Positions 45,644 to 55,359 of a stretch of 64,000 nucleotides of DNA are shown here, in pieces. Source of the stretch: Bacteroidales bacterium (GTDB lineage Bacteria; Bacteroidota; Bacteroidia; Bacteroidales; PWNQ01); NCBI GenBank assembly GCA_003557725.1, contig PWNQ01000165.1:690-64689 (forward strand), given 5' to 3'. A model generated the notes under the pieces. It was given only the letters and a program-made list of their open reading frames with translations. It did not search any database and was not told the DNA's origin. The position numbers were made by a program, and so were the translations under genes. Each line of letters begins with the position of its first letter. Positions within the stretch are counted from its first letter, which is position 1.

Positions 45644-45934
45644 GTCTTATTGATTTTTGTGGTCAATGCCAAAAACTAAAAAAGCCATTGGCAAACAATC
45701 CTTATTTTAGATTATCATTCTTACTTTTATATTATAAAACCTTTCGGTCAATTGATTGCTATTTTTTAAAATGTAATATGAAGCACTTTTATGCCCAAAA
45801 ACACCACAAAAGTAAATAAAATTTCATACCATTAACAATTTTATCAAAAAAAAATAAATAACCCGATCAGGAAGCAAAATTAATAAACATTTGGAAACCC
45901 AAAAAGTTTTTTAATTTTATTTATTAACAAGTTA

Positions 45935-47650
45935 TCAAAATGTGCTGATAAAGCCCATATGGATTTTTGAATTTTTAAACTTAAAGGCGCCACGCCCATC
46001 TTTTCCCAATGCGTAATAAAGATTAAGTATCCCTGCTTTAGTTTGCACTGCCACTCCGCCTCCCAGTCCTCCTAAAAGCCGGGTTTGTCTATCCTGGTTT
46101 TTCAAAACTGCTCCATTCCAGAATGCTGAAAAAAATGTGTTTTTATCCGGGTAGAAGCGGTATTCCACAAACAATGTGCTGTATCCCTGGGCATAAAATT
46201 CATCCTGGTCAAAGCCTTTCAGGGTTTGGAATCCACCCAGGCGAAAGAGTTGGTTTTTACCTGCATTTTCATCCTTCAGGTATTTGCTGTTGCTCTGCAG
46301 TAGTAATATGGACTGGTTTCCCACTTTTTGGTACCGTTGTATTTCCAGGCTAATATCTGCTATTCGGCTGTTCAGTGGTGGTTCTTCATAGGACTGCCCG
46401 GGGCGGGATTCATCCTTTTCAATGCTTTTGGCCAGGCCGGAGAATTCTGCCTGAAAGAGCCATCCTGCACGGTATATTCCTCCACCGGTTAGGGTGCTGT
46501 AATAGTATGATACGCCGGCTCCCCGGGCAGAAAAATCGTAAGGATGGCCCGGGAGTAGCGGGATATTTGCCATCACATTGGATGTTTGATAGCGGTAAAA
46601 GAATTCCACAAAGTGATTATAGCTGAAACGGTAAGGAACACCGGTTCGCAGAGACAAGGTAAGGTAGCTGGTGTCCTGCTTATACAAGGAAAACCTAAAG
46701 TCTGCTCCAAAGGGAGTGCCTGCCAGGTAGGGAGCGCTGGCATGAATGTTTAGCGACTGGCTTTCGTTTCCCGGGGCCGCCCAACGGACATTCAGTTGCT
46801 CTCCATGGCTAAAATAATTGATCAGACGCATGTCCACATTGCCATTGAGCAGAAGGCTCCCATCTTCCCCGCTGGAAAACCCCAGGAGACCATCCAGCAT
46901 GTTGGAACTCCCCTGCCGGAGCCCCAGCTTCACCCCAGCGTAATCGGGCATTAATATCAACTCCGGAGGGAATGTCTGTTCAAGAAAGTCCATGCGGCTG
47001 ATCCTTCCCTCAATGTCCTCCAGCTTCTTTTCACTAAATGGCACTCCACCTTTTTTTAAATCCAGACTGGCCCGAAGGAATGATGAAGAAACAGGAGGCG
47101 GACTTTCCCTCACCAAAATGGTATCCATCAGTACAAGATCTCCTGGCTGGATATTTATTTGAACAAATACCCGGCTGCTGTCTGTGGATTTTACACGGGA
47201 GTGGGCTCTGACAAAGGGATGTCCGCTATTCCGGTAATGGGAAAGGATGGTGTCCACCTGACTTATCATGCTGCCGTAATGATCGAAGCTATATAATAAT
47301 GTGTCGTTAGGAGAAAGAATGGTGCCGGTGATGGATGCTTCAAGAGAATACAAAGGGCCCTGGTGGTAATAAGCTGTGGTGCTGTCTCTGCCGGGGATAA
47401 GGCTGTCTATGCCCGCCTGATAGTAGCCCAGCGATTGCTTCTCCTCCAAAAGCGACCTGAGAACACGGAAAGCAGCCGGGCTGTCTCCCTCAAGAGTGTG
47501 CACGGAGAAAACAGTATCTGCGGACAAAATGACCAGCTTTTGCTGACCCGTTAACAGTAAAGGAAAGCAAAAGAGGAGGATGGCGATAGGGGATACCTTA
47601 AACCACCCACCAGGGAACAGGCTCTTCACCTCGCTTTTTAAGTATCTCAT
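45935..47650 (-). CDS. Omp85/BamA-superfamily-like outer-membrane protein
   Basis: 571 aa with an N-terminal hydrophobic signal. The Gly/aromatic-rich C-terminal half ends in ...HMGFISTF (terminal Phe). The family assignment is tentative. Confidence 0.5.
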   Translation of the reverse strand: MRYLKSEVKSLFPGGWFKVSPIAILLFCFPLLLTGQQKLVILSADTVFSVHTLEGDSPAAFRVLRSLLEEKQSLGYYQAGIDSLIPGRDSTTAYYHQGPLYSLEASITGTILSPNDTLLYSFDHYGSMISQVDTILSHYRNSGHPFVRAHSRVKSTDSSRVFVQINIQPGDLVLMDTILVRESPPPVSSSFLRASLDLKKGGVPFSEKKLEDIEGRISRMDFLEQTFPPELILMPDYAGVKLGLRQGSSNMLDGLLGFSSGEDGSLLLNGNVDMRLINYFSHGEQLNVRWAAPGNESQSLNIHASAPYLAGTPFGADFRFSLYKQDTSYLTLSLRTGVPYRFSYNHFVEFFYRYQTSNVMANIPLLPGHPYDFSARGAGVSYYYSTLTGGGIYRAGWLFQAEFSGLAKSIEKDESRPGQSYEEPPLNSRIADISLEIQRYQKVGNQSILLLQSNSKYLKDENAGKNQLFRLGGFQTLKGFDQDEFYAQGYSTLFVEYRFYPDKNTFFSAFWNGAVLKNQDRQTRLLGGLGGGVAVQTKAGILNLYYALGKDGRGAFKFKNSKIHMGFISTF

Positions 47651-48275
47651 TGGCTATTTTAAAATGATTGCAACCAAAAAAACCACGATAGGCCGACAGG
47701 GGAGAGGGGTGCGGGGCCTCCAGAACATGATGGCGTGAGGTGTCAATTAATTTCTTTTTGGCCCGGGCCATACTGCCCCAAAGCATGAAAATTAATCCAT
47801 TATGGTGTCCGGATAACACGGAGATCACCCGGTCGGTGAAAATCTCCCATCCATTACCCTGATGGGACCCGGCACTCCCTGAACGGACAGTTAACGTAGC
47901 ATTAAGCAAAAAGACACCCCGGGTGGCCCAGACACTCAAATCCCCCTTCTCCGGCATATCATGGCCAAATTCCCGGCCGATCTCTTTATAGATATTACGT
48001 AAAGATGGCGGAAGGGGAATCCCTTCAGGAACCGAAAAACATAACCCATGGGCCTGACCGGGACCATGATAGGGATCCTGACCCAAAATTACTACGCGAA
48101 CCTGCTGAAAAGGGCAAAGATCAAAAGCGGCAAAAACCTTATTGCCAGAAGGGTAAATCTTTTTACGGGCATATTCCCCCCTGACAAAATCTCTAAGGGT
48201 ATGAAAGTAAGGTTTTTGAAACTCCTCTGATAATGCTTCCCGCCAACCAGACTCCATCTTTACAGGGGTACTCAT
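47598..48275 (-). CDS. ung: uracil-DNA glycosylase (family 1)
   Basis: VVILGQDPYHGPGQAHGLCFSV and HPSPLSAYRGFFGCNHF motifs. Confidence 0.92.
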   Translation of the reverse strand: MSTPVKMESGWREALSEEFQKPYFHTLRDFVRGEYARKKIYPSGNKVFAAFDLCPFQQVRVVILGQDPYHGPGQAHGLCFSVPEGIPLPPSLRNIYKEIGREFGHDMPEKGDLSVWATRGVFLLNATLTVRSGSAGSHQGNGWEIFTDRVISVLSGHHNGLIFMLWGSMARAKKKLIDTSRHHVLEAPHPSPLSAYRGFFGCNHFKIANEILKKRGEEPVPWWVV

Positions 48276-48519
48276 GGTTCATCCTTTTATAAATTCAACA
48301 GAACCATGGCGATAGAATCATTGTAGATGAAGACCGCCATAGCATTCAGGTGACAAAAATAATCATATCCCAGCATCGGCAGAAGATGAAATTTTGACAA
48401 ACTTAAACATATTTATCCTTTTTATTGTTATTTAAAATGAATCTAATTGCTATAAGCCAATAATTTTGTAGTTTTGTTCCTTCATGTTTAAAACAGACTT
48501 ATTTATTATCTCGTTGAAA

Positions 48520-48663
48520 ATGAAAAAGAAACTATTAACTTACGGTATGATTTTGGTGTTTTTGTCCGGTATGCTTTTCACATCTTGCCGGAACAGACAA
48601 TACTGCCCCGGCATGTATGGAGAGGCTTGTGAGCATGCACCTGGTTTGGAGAAATCGGTATAA
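48520..48663 (+). CDS. possible 47-aa Cys-rich lipoprotein (below the ORF-track size cut-off)
   Basis: ATG AAA AAG AAA... gives MKKKLLTYGMILVFLSGMLFTSCRNRQYCPGMYGEACEHAPGLEKSV*, with signal peptide and lipobox LFTSC. Confidence 0.35.
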   Translation: MKKKLLTYGMILVFLSGMLFTSCRNRQYCPGMYGEACEHAPGLEKSV

Positions 48664-48704
48664 TGCACAGATATACACTCCGGAAAAGATAAAATATGTG
48701 AGCA

Positions 48705-49466
48705 ATGTTGAACCCATATGCCATCTTAGTGTCATTTTTTTTATTGGGCTTTGCCACCTTTGGAGGGTATGCACAGGAGCCACAGAGTGAAGAAAGGACT
48801 CCAGGAGAGCACTTGCCCTACGAGTGGGGTGTTGGTGGTGTTCTTCATACGGATGGGTTTGGGATTACTGCCCGGAGCATCCGGGGGAAGAGCTATTTTC
48901 GAAAGTGGTTGTATGAAGTGGATGTGTTTACCATGAAGCATCCCAAAGAGGTGCGCACCAAAAATTCTTACTTTAATAATGCCAGCAGCTTTGTTTATGG
49001 TAAGGAAAGCTATTTTATGATCTTCCATGGTGGGGTGGGGCGCCATGTGGTACTGAACCGGGAACCTTTGTGGGAGGCAGGAGTGGAAGTGAGAATGGTA
49101 TACAGCCTGGGCCTTTCACTGGGGGTGACCAAGCCGGTATACTTGTATATCTTTGATGATAATCAGCCCTACTATCAGGATGGGGAGCTGATGAAGTATG
49201 ACCCTGAGATTCACGGCATATTTGACATTCAGGGGCGTGGGCCGGTCACTAAAGGGTTTGACGAGTTGTCTATTTATCCCGGGGGGTACGCCAAACTGGG
49301 CTTTAACTTTGACTTTGGAGAAAGCCGGAGGAAGCCAAGGGCATTGGAAGCCGGAGCGATGCTGGACCTGTACCCGGTGAAGATACCCATTATGGCATTT
49401 GCCGACAACAAACAGTTTTTTCTGTCTTTTTACGTAAGCTATTTTATGGGAGGACGATATAATTGA
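48705..49466 (+). CDS. secreted protein, unknown function (possible small OM barrel)
   Basis: Signal peptide MLNPYAILVSFFLLGFATFGGYAQ; Gly/aromatic-rich. Confidence 0.5.
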   Translation: MLNPYAILVSFFLLGFATFGGYAQEPQSEERTPGEHLPYEWGVGGVLHTDGFGITARSIRGKSYFRKWLYEVDVFTMKHPKEVRTKNSYFNNASSFVYGKESYFMIFHGGVGRHVVLNREPLWEAGVEVRMVYSLGLSLGVTKPVYLYIFDDNQPYYQDGELMKYDPEIHGIFDIQGRGPVTKGFDELSIYPGGYAKLGFNFDFGESRRKPRALEAGAMLDLYPVKIPIMAFADNKQFFLSFYVSYFMGGRYN

Positions 49467-49636
49467 CAGCACCGTTAACTGGCCCAATAGTGCCGGTAAC
49501 TGATTTACAGGAAGCGTTCATTAAAAGTAGCTGGATAATATGGCAGGCAATGCCGTATTTTTATTGCCAATTGCGGAAATAGTTGTATTTTGCCGCCCGT
49601 TTTGAAAGAGAAAAATATAGTAGGAAATATCAATAA

Positions 49637-52606
49637 ATGAACATTATGACCATTAAGAAAATTTTTACAGGCGTTGCAGTGTTAGTCATTTTGGGAATGG
49701 CCTCCTGGATGACGTTTTGGAATACCAATTCCGAGGCACAGTATGAACGACGTAGCACTCGTGACTTTATGATCCCCCCCAAAGGAGCCAAGAATGCTAT
49801 TGAATATCTTTCATCTATGCAGGGCGAACGGTTAAGCCGGCATATAGATCACCGTGATGTGGTGAATGCGCGCCATCAGCTGAAAAGGAACAGAGCCAAC
49901 CCCAAGGGACTAAACCTTCAGTGGGACGAGGTGGGACCGGATAATGTGGCCGGCCGTGTACGGGGATATTGTATTGACCCCGACGACCCGGCAATAATGT
50001 ATACCGGAGGGGTATCCGGAGGATTGTGGAAAACCACCACCGGCGGCAGCTCCTGGATACAAATTATGGATGTTAGTGAAAACCTGTCCATCTCTTCTGT
50101 TGAAATGGGACCCAACGGAGAAGTGTATGCCGGAACAGGCGAAAGCTTTGCCAACGTGCTGGGAAATAATTTTTCTACCCCCGGTGTTATTGGCACGGGG
50201 ATATATAAATCCTATGATGGAGATAACTTTAGCCTGCTTTCTTCTACTGTTCCTGCGGCTGGAAACAACCCTAATGTGGACTGGGCACTGGTGAACCGGA
50301 TTGCAGTAAACCCAAATAATGGCGACCTCTGGGCGGCCACCAACCGGGGCCTGAAGTACTCCACTGATGGAGGATATAATTGGGACCACTACCCTATCCT
50401 TCCCAATGGGCAGCCCCAGATGATCAATGTCCCTGATGTGAAAATCTCACCCGGTGGCGTGCTCGTGGCCGTGATTGGTCACCACGTACATGTTAGTAAA
50501 ACCGGAAACTTAGGTGATCTTTCCAATGTGTCCACCAGTTCTACCTTGCCCACCAGTGGGATTCGCCGGACCGAAGTGGCGATATCCGATAACAATCAAA
50601 CCATATATGCCGTTATGGCTGCCTCAGATGGGTCTTTACTCAATATATATATGTCTGATGATACCGGCGATTCATGGTCGGTTGTGGGGCCCGGTGGAAG
50701 TAGTAACTTCGATGTGTTCGGCCCTAACAACCAGGGTGGATACGATAACGTAGTGGCTGTCTCTCCCTCCAATCCCTATCACGTTTTTGTGGGAGGTATT
50801 CATATGTGGGAAGGAAAGCAGGTTACGCCGGGGCAAACTTTCGCCTGGCAACGAATTACACAGGGATTTCTGGACCAGATCGGTACCCCATTCTTTGAAA
50901 ATTATGTGCATGTGGATCACCATGTGTATAAATTCCACCCCAATAAACCAAATACCATGTATGCAGGTACTGATGGTGGTATTTTCAGAACACAGGATAA
51001 GGGCAAAACATTTTCTGCCCTCAACCGGAAACTAAATATTACACAGTTCTATGCAGTGGCTATTGGTCCCCATGGCGGAGTAATGGGAGGAACGCAGGAT
51101 AATAGTACACCTTATGTGAGCGGAAAAGGAAACACCCCAATGAATGCGGATGTTTTGTTTATGGGAGATGGTGGCCATGCTGCCTTTTCAGTTATTGATC
51201 AGGACATACTGTTTGTAACCTCTCAATTTGGAGTTACCGGGAGGTCCAATGATAAAGGAGATACTTATCAGCGAGGAGAGGAGCGGGATGCTGCCGGAGA
51301 TCCTGTGCCCGGTTTTTTCTCCCAGCGTATGCTGGATGAAGGAACTGAAGCTTCTTTTGTTACACCCATTCTCTTCTGGGAGTCGGTAAACGTAGATAAT
51401 TCCCGGGACTCTGTCTGGTTCCAGGATACCACCCAGGCTTATTCGGCGGGAGATACTCTTTTGATCAGAAGCCACACCAACCGTTATCCGTTCCATCACA
51501 TCCTCAGTCAAAATCTGAACCAGGGGGAAGAGCTGCAGGTGGCCGATCCCGTACAGTCAAGGTTCTTTTTGGGTACCAATGATGCTGTATGGATGACCAG
51601 CGAGGCACTGGACTTCTCCAACACCCCCAAGTGGTTTAGAATTGCTGATATTGACGGAACGGCTCAAAGTATGGTGATCTCTCCAGATGGTGATGTGATG
51701 TATGTGGGTACCCGTGGGGGCTTTAGCGGAGCTGGAAAGGTTTATCGTATTTCCAACATTATGAGTGCCTGGGACAGTACAGCAGCCGACATAACCAGTG
51801 CGCAGCAAGTGATAGAAGTGGATATTATCCGGCAGTTTGCCTCCGGGCGCTGGGTTACTTCCATTGCCCTAGACCCCAGCGACAATGACCATATAGTGGT
51901 TACTCTGGGCAACTATGGAGAGAGTACCTATATATACCGTTCCACAGATGCCACCAGTGCAAGCCCCACCTTCCAGTCACGACAAGGGGACCTGCCTGCC
52001 ATGCCGGTATATGCGTCGCTGATCCCCATGAATCAAAGCAACACCGTGTTGATAGGTACAGAGTACGGCGTATATGCCACCTCGGATATCACAGCTCCCT
52101 CTCCTGTCTGGGCGGAAGAGAACGAAGGCATGGACAAAGTGCCGGTACACATGTTTGCACAACAAACTAAAAACCTTCCCTATATTACGGTCACTGAAGT
52201 GATCGAAGGGGAGACTTTTACTGATGTGTACCGGGGGATATCAAACTATGGCGAAATTGCTATCGGAACCCATGGCCGTGGACTGTTTTCAACCAAACAA
52301 TATGTGGGAATGGAAGAGCCACCTGTTCGCTATGCTTCCGGCAAGGATAAGCTTCAGATAAAGCTTTATCCCAACCCGGTATTTAATGATAATGCTACGG
52401 TGGAGGTGAAGCTGCAGAAACAAACCCAGGCCGTATTCCGGGTGTTTGACATGACCGGAAGGTTGATTAGTGAAGAAACCATGACTCTGGATGCCGGAAG
52501 TCAACACGTAGACTTCTCACTGGGGCAATTAAAGCGGGGAAACTATATCTTACAGATGGTTTACGATGGCAATAAGTCCGCTACCACACGTTTTATCAAG
52601 TTGTAA
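49637..52606 (+). CDS. BNR/Asp-box (sortilin/VPS10-like beta-propeller) protein with T9SS C-terminal sorting domain
   Basis: Asp-boxes STDGGYNW, SDDTGDSW and TQDKGKTF; C-terminal KLYPNPVFNDNATVEV...GNYILQMV CTD. Confidence 0.8.
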   Translation: MNIMTIKKIFTGVAVLVILGMASWMTFWNTNSEAQYERRSTRDFMIPPKGAKNAIEYLSSMQGERLSRHIDHRDVVNARHQLKRNRANPKGLNLQWDEVGPDNVAGRVRGYCIDPDDPAIMYTGGVSGGLWKTTTGGSSWIQIMDVSENLSISSVEMGPNGEVYAGTGESFANVLGNNFSTPGVIGTGIYKSYDGDNFSLLSSTVPAAGNNPNVDWALVNRIAVNPNNGDLWAATNRGLKYSTDGGYNWDHYPILPNGQPQMINVPDVKISPGGVLVAVIGHHVHVSKTGNLGDLSNVSTSSTLPTSGIRRTEVAISDNNQTIYAVMAASDGSLLNIYMSDDTGDSWSVVGPGGSSNFDVFGPNNQGGYDNVVAVSPSNPYHVFVGGIHMWEGKQVTPGQTFAWQRITQGFLDQIGTPFFENYVHVDHHVYKFHPNKPNTMYAGTDGGIFRTQDKGKTFSALNRKLNITQFYAVAIGPHGGVMGGTQDNSTPYVSGKGNTPMNADVLFMGDGGHAAFSVIDQDILFVTSQFGVTGRSNDKGDTYQRGEERDAAGDPVPGFFSQRMLDEGTEASFVTPILFWESVNVDNSRDSVWFQDTTQAYSAGDTLLIRSHTNRYPFHHILSQNLNQGEELQVADPVQSRFFLGTNDAVWMTSEALDFSNTPKWFRIADIDGTAQSMVISPDGDVMYVGTRGGFSGAGKVYRISNIMSAWDSTAADITSAQQVIEVDIIRQFASGRWVTSIALDPSDNDHIVVTLGNYGESTYIYRSTDATSASPTFQSRQGDLPAMPVYASLIPMNQSNTVLIGTEYGVYATSDITAPSPVWAEENEGMDKVPVHMFAQQTKNLPYITVTEVIEGETFTDVYRGISNYGEIAIGTHGRGLFSTKQYVGMEEPPVRYASGKDKLQIKLYPNPVFNDNATVEVKLQKQTQAVFRVFDMTGRLISEETMTLDAGSQHVDFSLGQLKRGNYILQMVYDGNKSATTRFIKL

Positions 52607-52636
52607 CGTCAATCATCACACGAAATTCAGTCCCAC

Positions 52637-52678
52637 CTGCAGGCCGGCCCCGGAACTTGGGGCCGGCCTGCGGCTTTT
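52637..52678 (+). terminator. GC-rich hairpin terminator
   Basis: gcaggccggcccc-ggaactt-ggggccggcctgc followed by ggcTTTT. Confidence 0.5.
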
Positions 52679-52689
52679 AAAAAAAAATC

Positions 52690-53283
52690 ATGAGACTGCA
52701 ATCCCATCAGCGCCAACAGCAGGTTCGAAGGTCGTCTGTGCTCAGGACCTTCCGGAAAGCACACCGGTATACAGGGGCCATGCTGTTTGTTTTTTTCTTT
52801 ATCATGTCTGTAACCGGTGTGCTTCTGGCCTGGAAAAAAAATAGCGCAGGCTATATTCTGCCGGTGACACAAATGGGTACCACGTCTCAACTCCAGCTGT
52901 GGATGCCTTTGGATAGCCTGCACCAGAAAGCAATGACCGTTTTGCGTGATTCCATCTCCCCGGAGCTTTCCACAGACCTGAACCGGATAGATATACGAAA
53001 GCAGCGAGGAACGGTAAAGTTTATCTTCTCCCGTCATTATTATGAAATCCAGTTGGATGGAGCCACCGGGGAGGTGCTCCAGATAGCCCACCGGAACTCG
53101 GACATTATTGAGGGCTTGCACGACGGTACATTCCTGGATGACTTGCTGGGAACCCAGGGGGAACCGGTTAAACTGGTTTACTCTACCCTTATGGGGCTTG
53201 CGCTCTTGCTTTTTACTGTAACGGGGTTTTACTTGTGGTATGCGGGCCGGCGCCGCAGGCGAAAATCTGCCCGTCGGCATTAA
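52690..53283 (+). CDS. PepSY-domain membrane protein
   Basis: 197 aa. TM helix, periplasmic PepSY-like core, TM helix and a basic tail (RRRRRKSARRH). Confidence 0.6.
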   Translation: MRLQSHQRQQQVRRSSVLRTFRKAHRYTGAMLFVFFFIMSVTGVLLAWKKNSAGYILPVTQMGTTSQLQLWMPLDSLHQKAMTVLRDSISPELSTDLNRIDIRKQRGTVKFIFSRHYYEIQLDGATGEVLQIAHRNSDIIEGLHDGTFLDDLLGTQGEPVKLVYSTLMGLALLLFTVTGFYLWYAGRRRRRKSARRH

Positions 53284-53840
53284 TGGGACTTGTGGAATTC
53301 AGCACCCAGGTCTATTAGATTTTCCTGAACCATTTCCCTGATGATGGGTTTTACTTTCAGATGACCCAGAGGGACGCCACCCAATGCCTCCACTGCTTCG
53401 ACGGAGTCCAGAGAAAAAAGGCCCTGACGGGTCTGGTGCTGGTATAGAAAGTGCACCTGTGCATTCCGCCCGGCCAGAGTGGCCACTACCCCCGGAATAT
53501 CTCCTCCCGGGGGGCGGTCCAGATGGGTATGAACAAACGACGCTCCAATACAGGTGCCCTTTCCAGGGACTGAAAATATGTGAAAGGTGCCTCCGGAAGA
53601 TATGGCGGATTGCCTGAATAGCGGAATGCCCAGTCCTACTTTCCGGGTGGTGCGGGTAGTGAAAAACGGATCGGAAACGTTGTGTATGGTCTCCCTGTTC
53701 ATCCCCCTGCCATTATCAAGGATTGATAGGGTATATAAGTCTTTGGATAGGCACTCGGTGATGCGAACGGAAACTTTGCTGGATCCTGCATCAAAGGAAT
53801 TTTCTGCTATATCTAACAAATGGTGGGCTAATGTTTTCAT
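53280..53840 (-). CDS. GHKL (HATPase_c) ATP-binding protein, hydrogenase-locus associated
   Basis: The ATG at 53838-53840 gives MKTLAHHLLDIAENSFDAGS (N box), DNGRGM (G1) and GLGIPLF...GKGT (G2). There is no HisKA/DHp domain. Confidence 0.75.
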   Translation of the reverse strand: MKTLAHHLLDIAENSFDAGSSKVSVRITECLSKDLYTLSILDNGRGMNRETIHNVSDPFFTTRTTRKVGLGIPLFRQSAISSGGTFHIFSVPGKGTCIGASFVHTHLDRPPGGDIPGVVATLAGRNAQVHFLYQHQTRQGLFSLDSVEAVEALGGVPLGHLKVKPIIREMVQENLIDLGAEFHKSH

Positions 53841-53879
53841 GTGTTTAATTTTTGCTCCTTGTTCCTTGTTTGGCGTTTG

Positions 53880-54143
53880 TTGCCACGAATGCACGAATAA
53901 TATGCTACTCCTCACATCCCACGCATCACACCCAAACGCTCCGCGCCACACACCAAACCCAAATCCCTATGCCCCATGCCCCCGGCCCCTAAAGGGGAGG
54001 GCCATCGCGCATGGTTGCCTCACCAACGTTTCTTCACCGCAAGCTGCCGCGGGTTGGCCCGGTCCTCCCCTTTAGGGGAGTTAGAGGGGCGCGCGTGGGA
54101 GCTTTCCGGTAAGGAAATAATCATCCCCCTGTGTGTCAAAAGC
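53880..54143 (+). repeat. family-2 mosaic GC-rich repeat (copy 2)
   Basis: See 21707-21934. Contains the palindrome ctcccctttaggggag and an upstream inverted partner cccctaaaggggagg. Confidence 0.85.
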
Positions 54144-54284
54144 TTTGTTCCCGAATTCTCGGGACCTGCGGCATGGGTGTTTCATTTTAATCACATTTAA
54201 TATCCTTTTATATTTGATATTATGTGTTTTACGGATGATTATCAGTTTCGGGTTTCGGGTGGGTATTGCTTAATATTTTGAGGG

Positions 54285-55022
54285 CTATGTGATTATTGGT
54301 TTTCTGTCATTCAAGCAGTTAAGGCATTTTTTCACTTCTTCAAAACTTCTGTGGTGCATTTTTAACAGGGTATAAGCTGCACCAACATCCTGGGGTTGAT
54401 GTGCGTCGGATGAACGGATAAATGATTTATTTTTCAAATGGGGCTGTTTTTTCCAAAGGGATTGAGCGGGAGTGTGCCGGCACATCTCCAGGGCGTCAAA
54501 GGGCAGGTCCTGGGGGATGAATCCCAGTTGGCTCATAATGCTGAACATGGGTCGGTCAATGTGTGCCGGAATAAATATGCCCTTCATTTGAGCTACTGTA
54601 GCTTGAATTTGGCTAATGCTTTGGTTCAAAGCTCCATGGAGGGAGTGAGGCACCAGTCTCAATATTTGTGCGTCCTGGTCAACCAGTGGCTGATGGCCCA
54701 GTTTTTCCGGGTTATTGGGAGTTTTCATTATATATTTATCGATGTAGTTCTGCAGGGCTTTGATATTTTCGTGACTTACAAGGCATAAGCAATGCACTTC
54801 TTCAACGGATGTAATTTCTGCACCGTTGATCACGAAGATGCCGTATGCTTTTGCCATTTCCCTGATCACAGGGGCCTGCAAAGTACTGTTATGGTCTGTG
54901 ATACCTATAATGTCCAATCCCTTTTCGGCTGCTGCTTCCAGCAGATTTCGGGGGCTCATGTCCAGGCTGCCGCAAGGAGATAATGCAGTATGAATGTGTA
55001 GATCGGCACGGTAGAGGTTCAT
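54285..55022 (-). CDS. PHP-domain metal-dependent phosphoesterase
   Basis: MNLYRADLHIHTALSPCG...DIIGITDHNS...PAHIDRP...SSDAH motifs; ATGA overlap with the upstream gene. Confidence 0.8.
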   Translation of the reverse strand: MNLYRADLHIHTALSPCGSLDMSPRNLLEAAAEKGLDIIGITDHNSTLQAPVIREMAKAYGIFVINGAEITSVEEVHCLCLVSHENIKALQNYIDKYIMKTPNNPEKLGHQPLVDQDAQILRLVPHSLHGALNQSISQIQATVAQMKGIFIPAHIDRPMFSIMSQLGFIPQDLPFDALEMCRHTPAQSLWKKQPHLKNKSFIRSSDAHQPQDVGAAYTLLKMHHRSFEEVKKCLNCLNDRKPIIT

Positions 55023-55357
55023 GAGCTGTTTAGCAGGTTATGCAGCCGGCCGGATATTTCGAAAGCACTTAGTGTTGTACCCACTATGGGGATCTGCTCC
55101 TGGTTGCTGTATTGCTGTGTATCCTCAAGGGGCTGCAGGTTATTTACCAGAATAACTGCGGATAGGTCTTTCAGGGATGCAATAGCCATTACGTTTTTAT
55201 GGGTTTGCAGGGTGATCCAGGCCATTCCCTCACTGGCATTTCCCATCACATCGCTTAGAAGGTCTGAGGTATATCCGCCGTTTACGGGTTTGTCCAGGCC
55301 ATCACTGCCTGAATAAACGGTTAGATTCAACGCTTTTACCACATCTTTTACGGTCAT
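55019..55357 (-). CDS. DRTGG-domain protein (copy 2)
   Basis: 112 aa. ...GYTSDLLSDVMGN...ITLQTHKNVMAIA... is paralogous to 57145-57519. Confidence 0.7.
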   Translation of the reverse strand: MTVKDVVKALNLTVYSGSDGLDKPVNGGYTSDLLSDVMGNASEGMAWITLQTHKNVMAIASLKDLSAVILVNNLQPLEDTQQYSNQEQIPIVGTTLSAFEISGRLHNLLNSS

Positions 55358-55359
55358 AA

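Noticed and set aside
53976-54200. The 74-aa ORF here, and the 64-aa ORF at 21694-21888, as a conserved small-protein family.
   Set aside because: Their similarity comes from the shared repeat element in opposite genomic orientations. The sequence is GC-rich and palindromic, and there are no start or RBS context signals.
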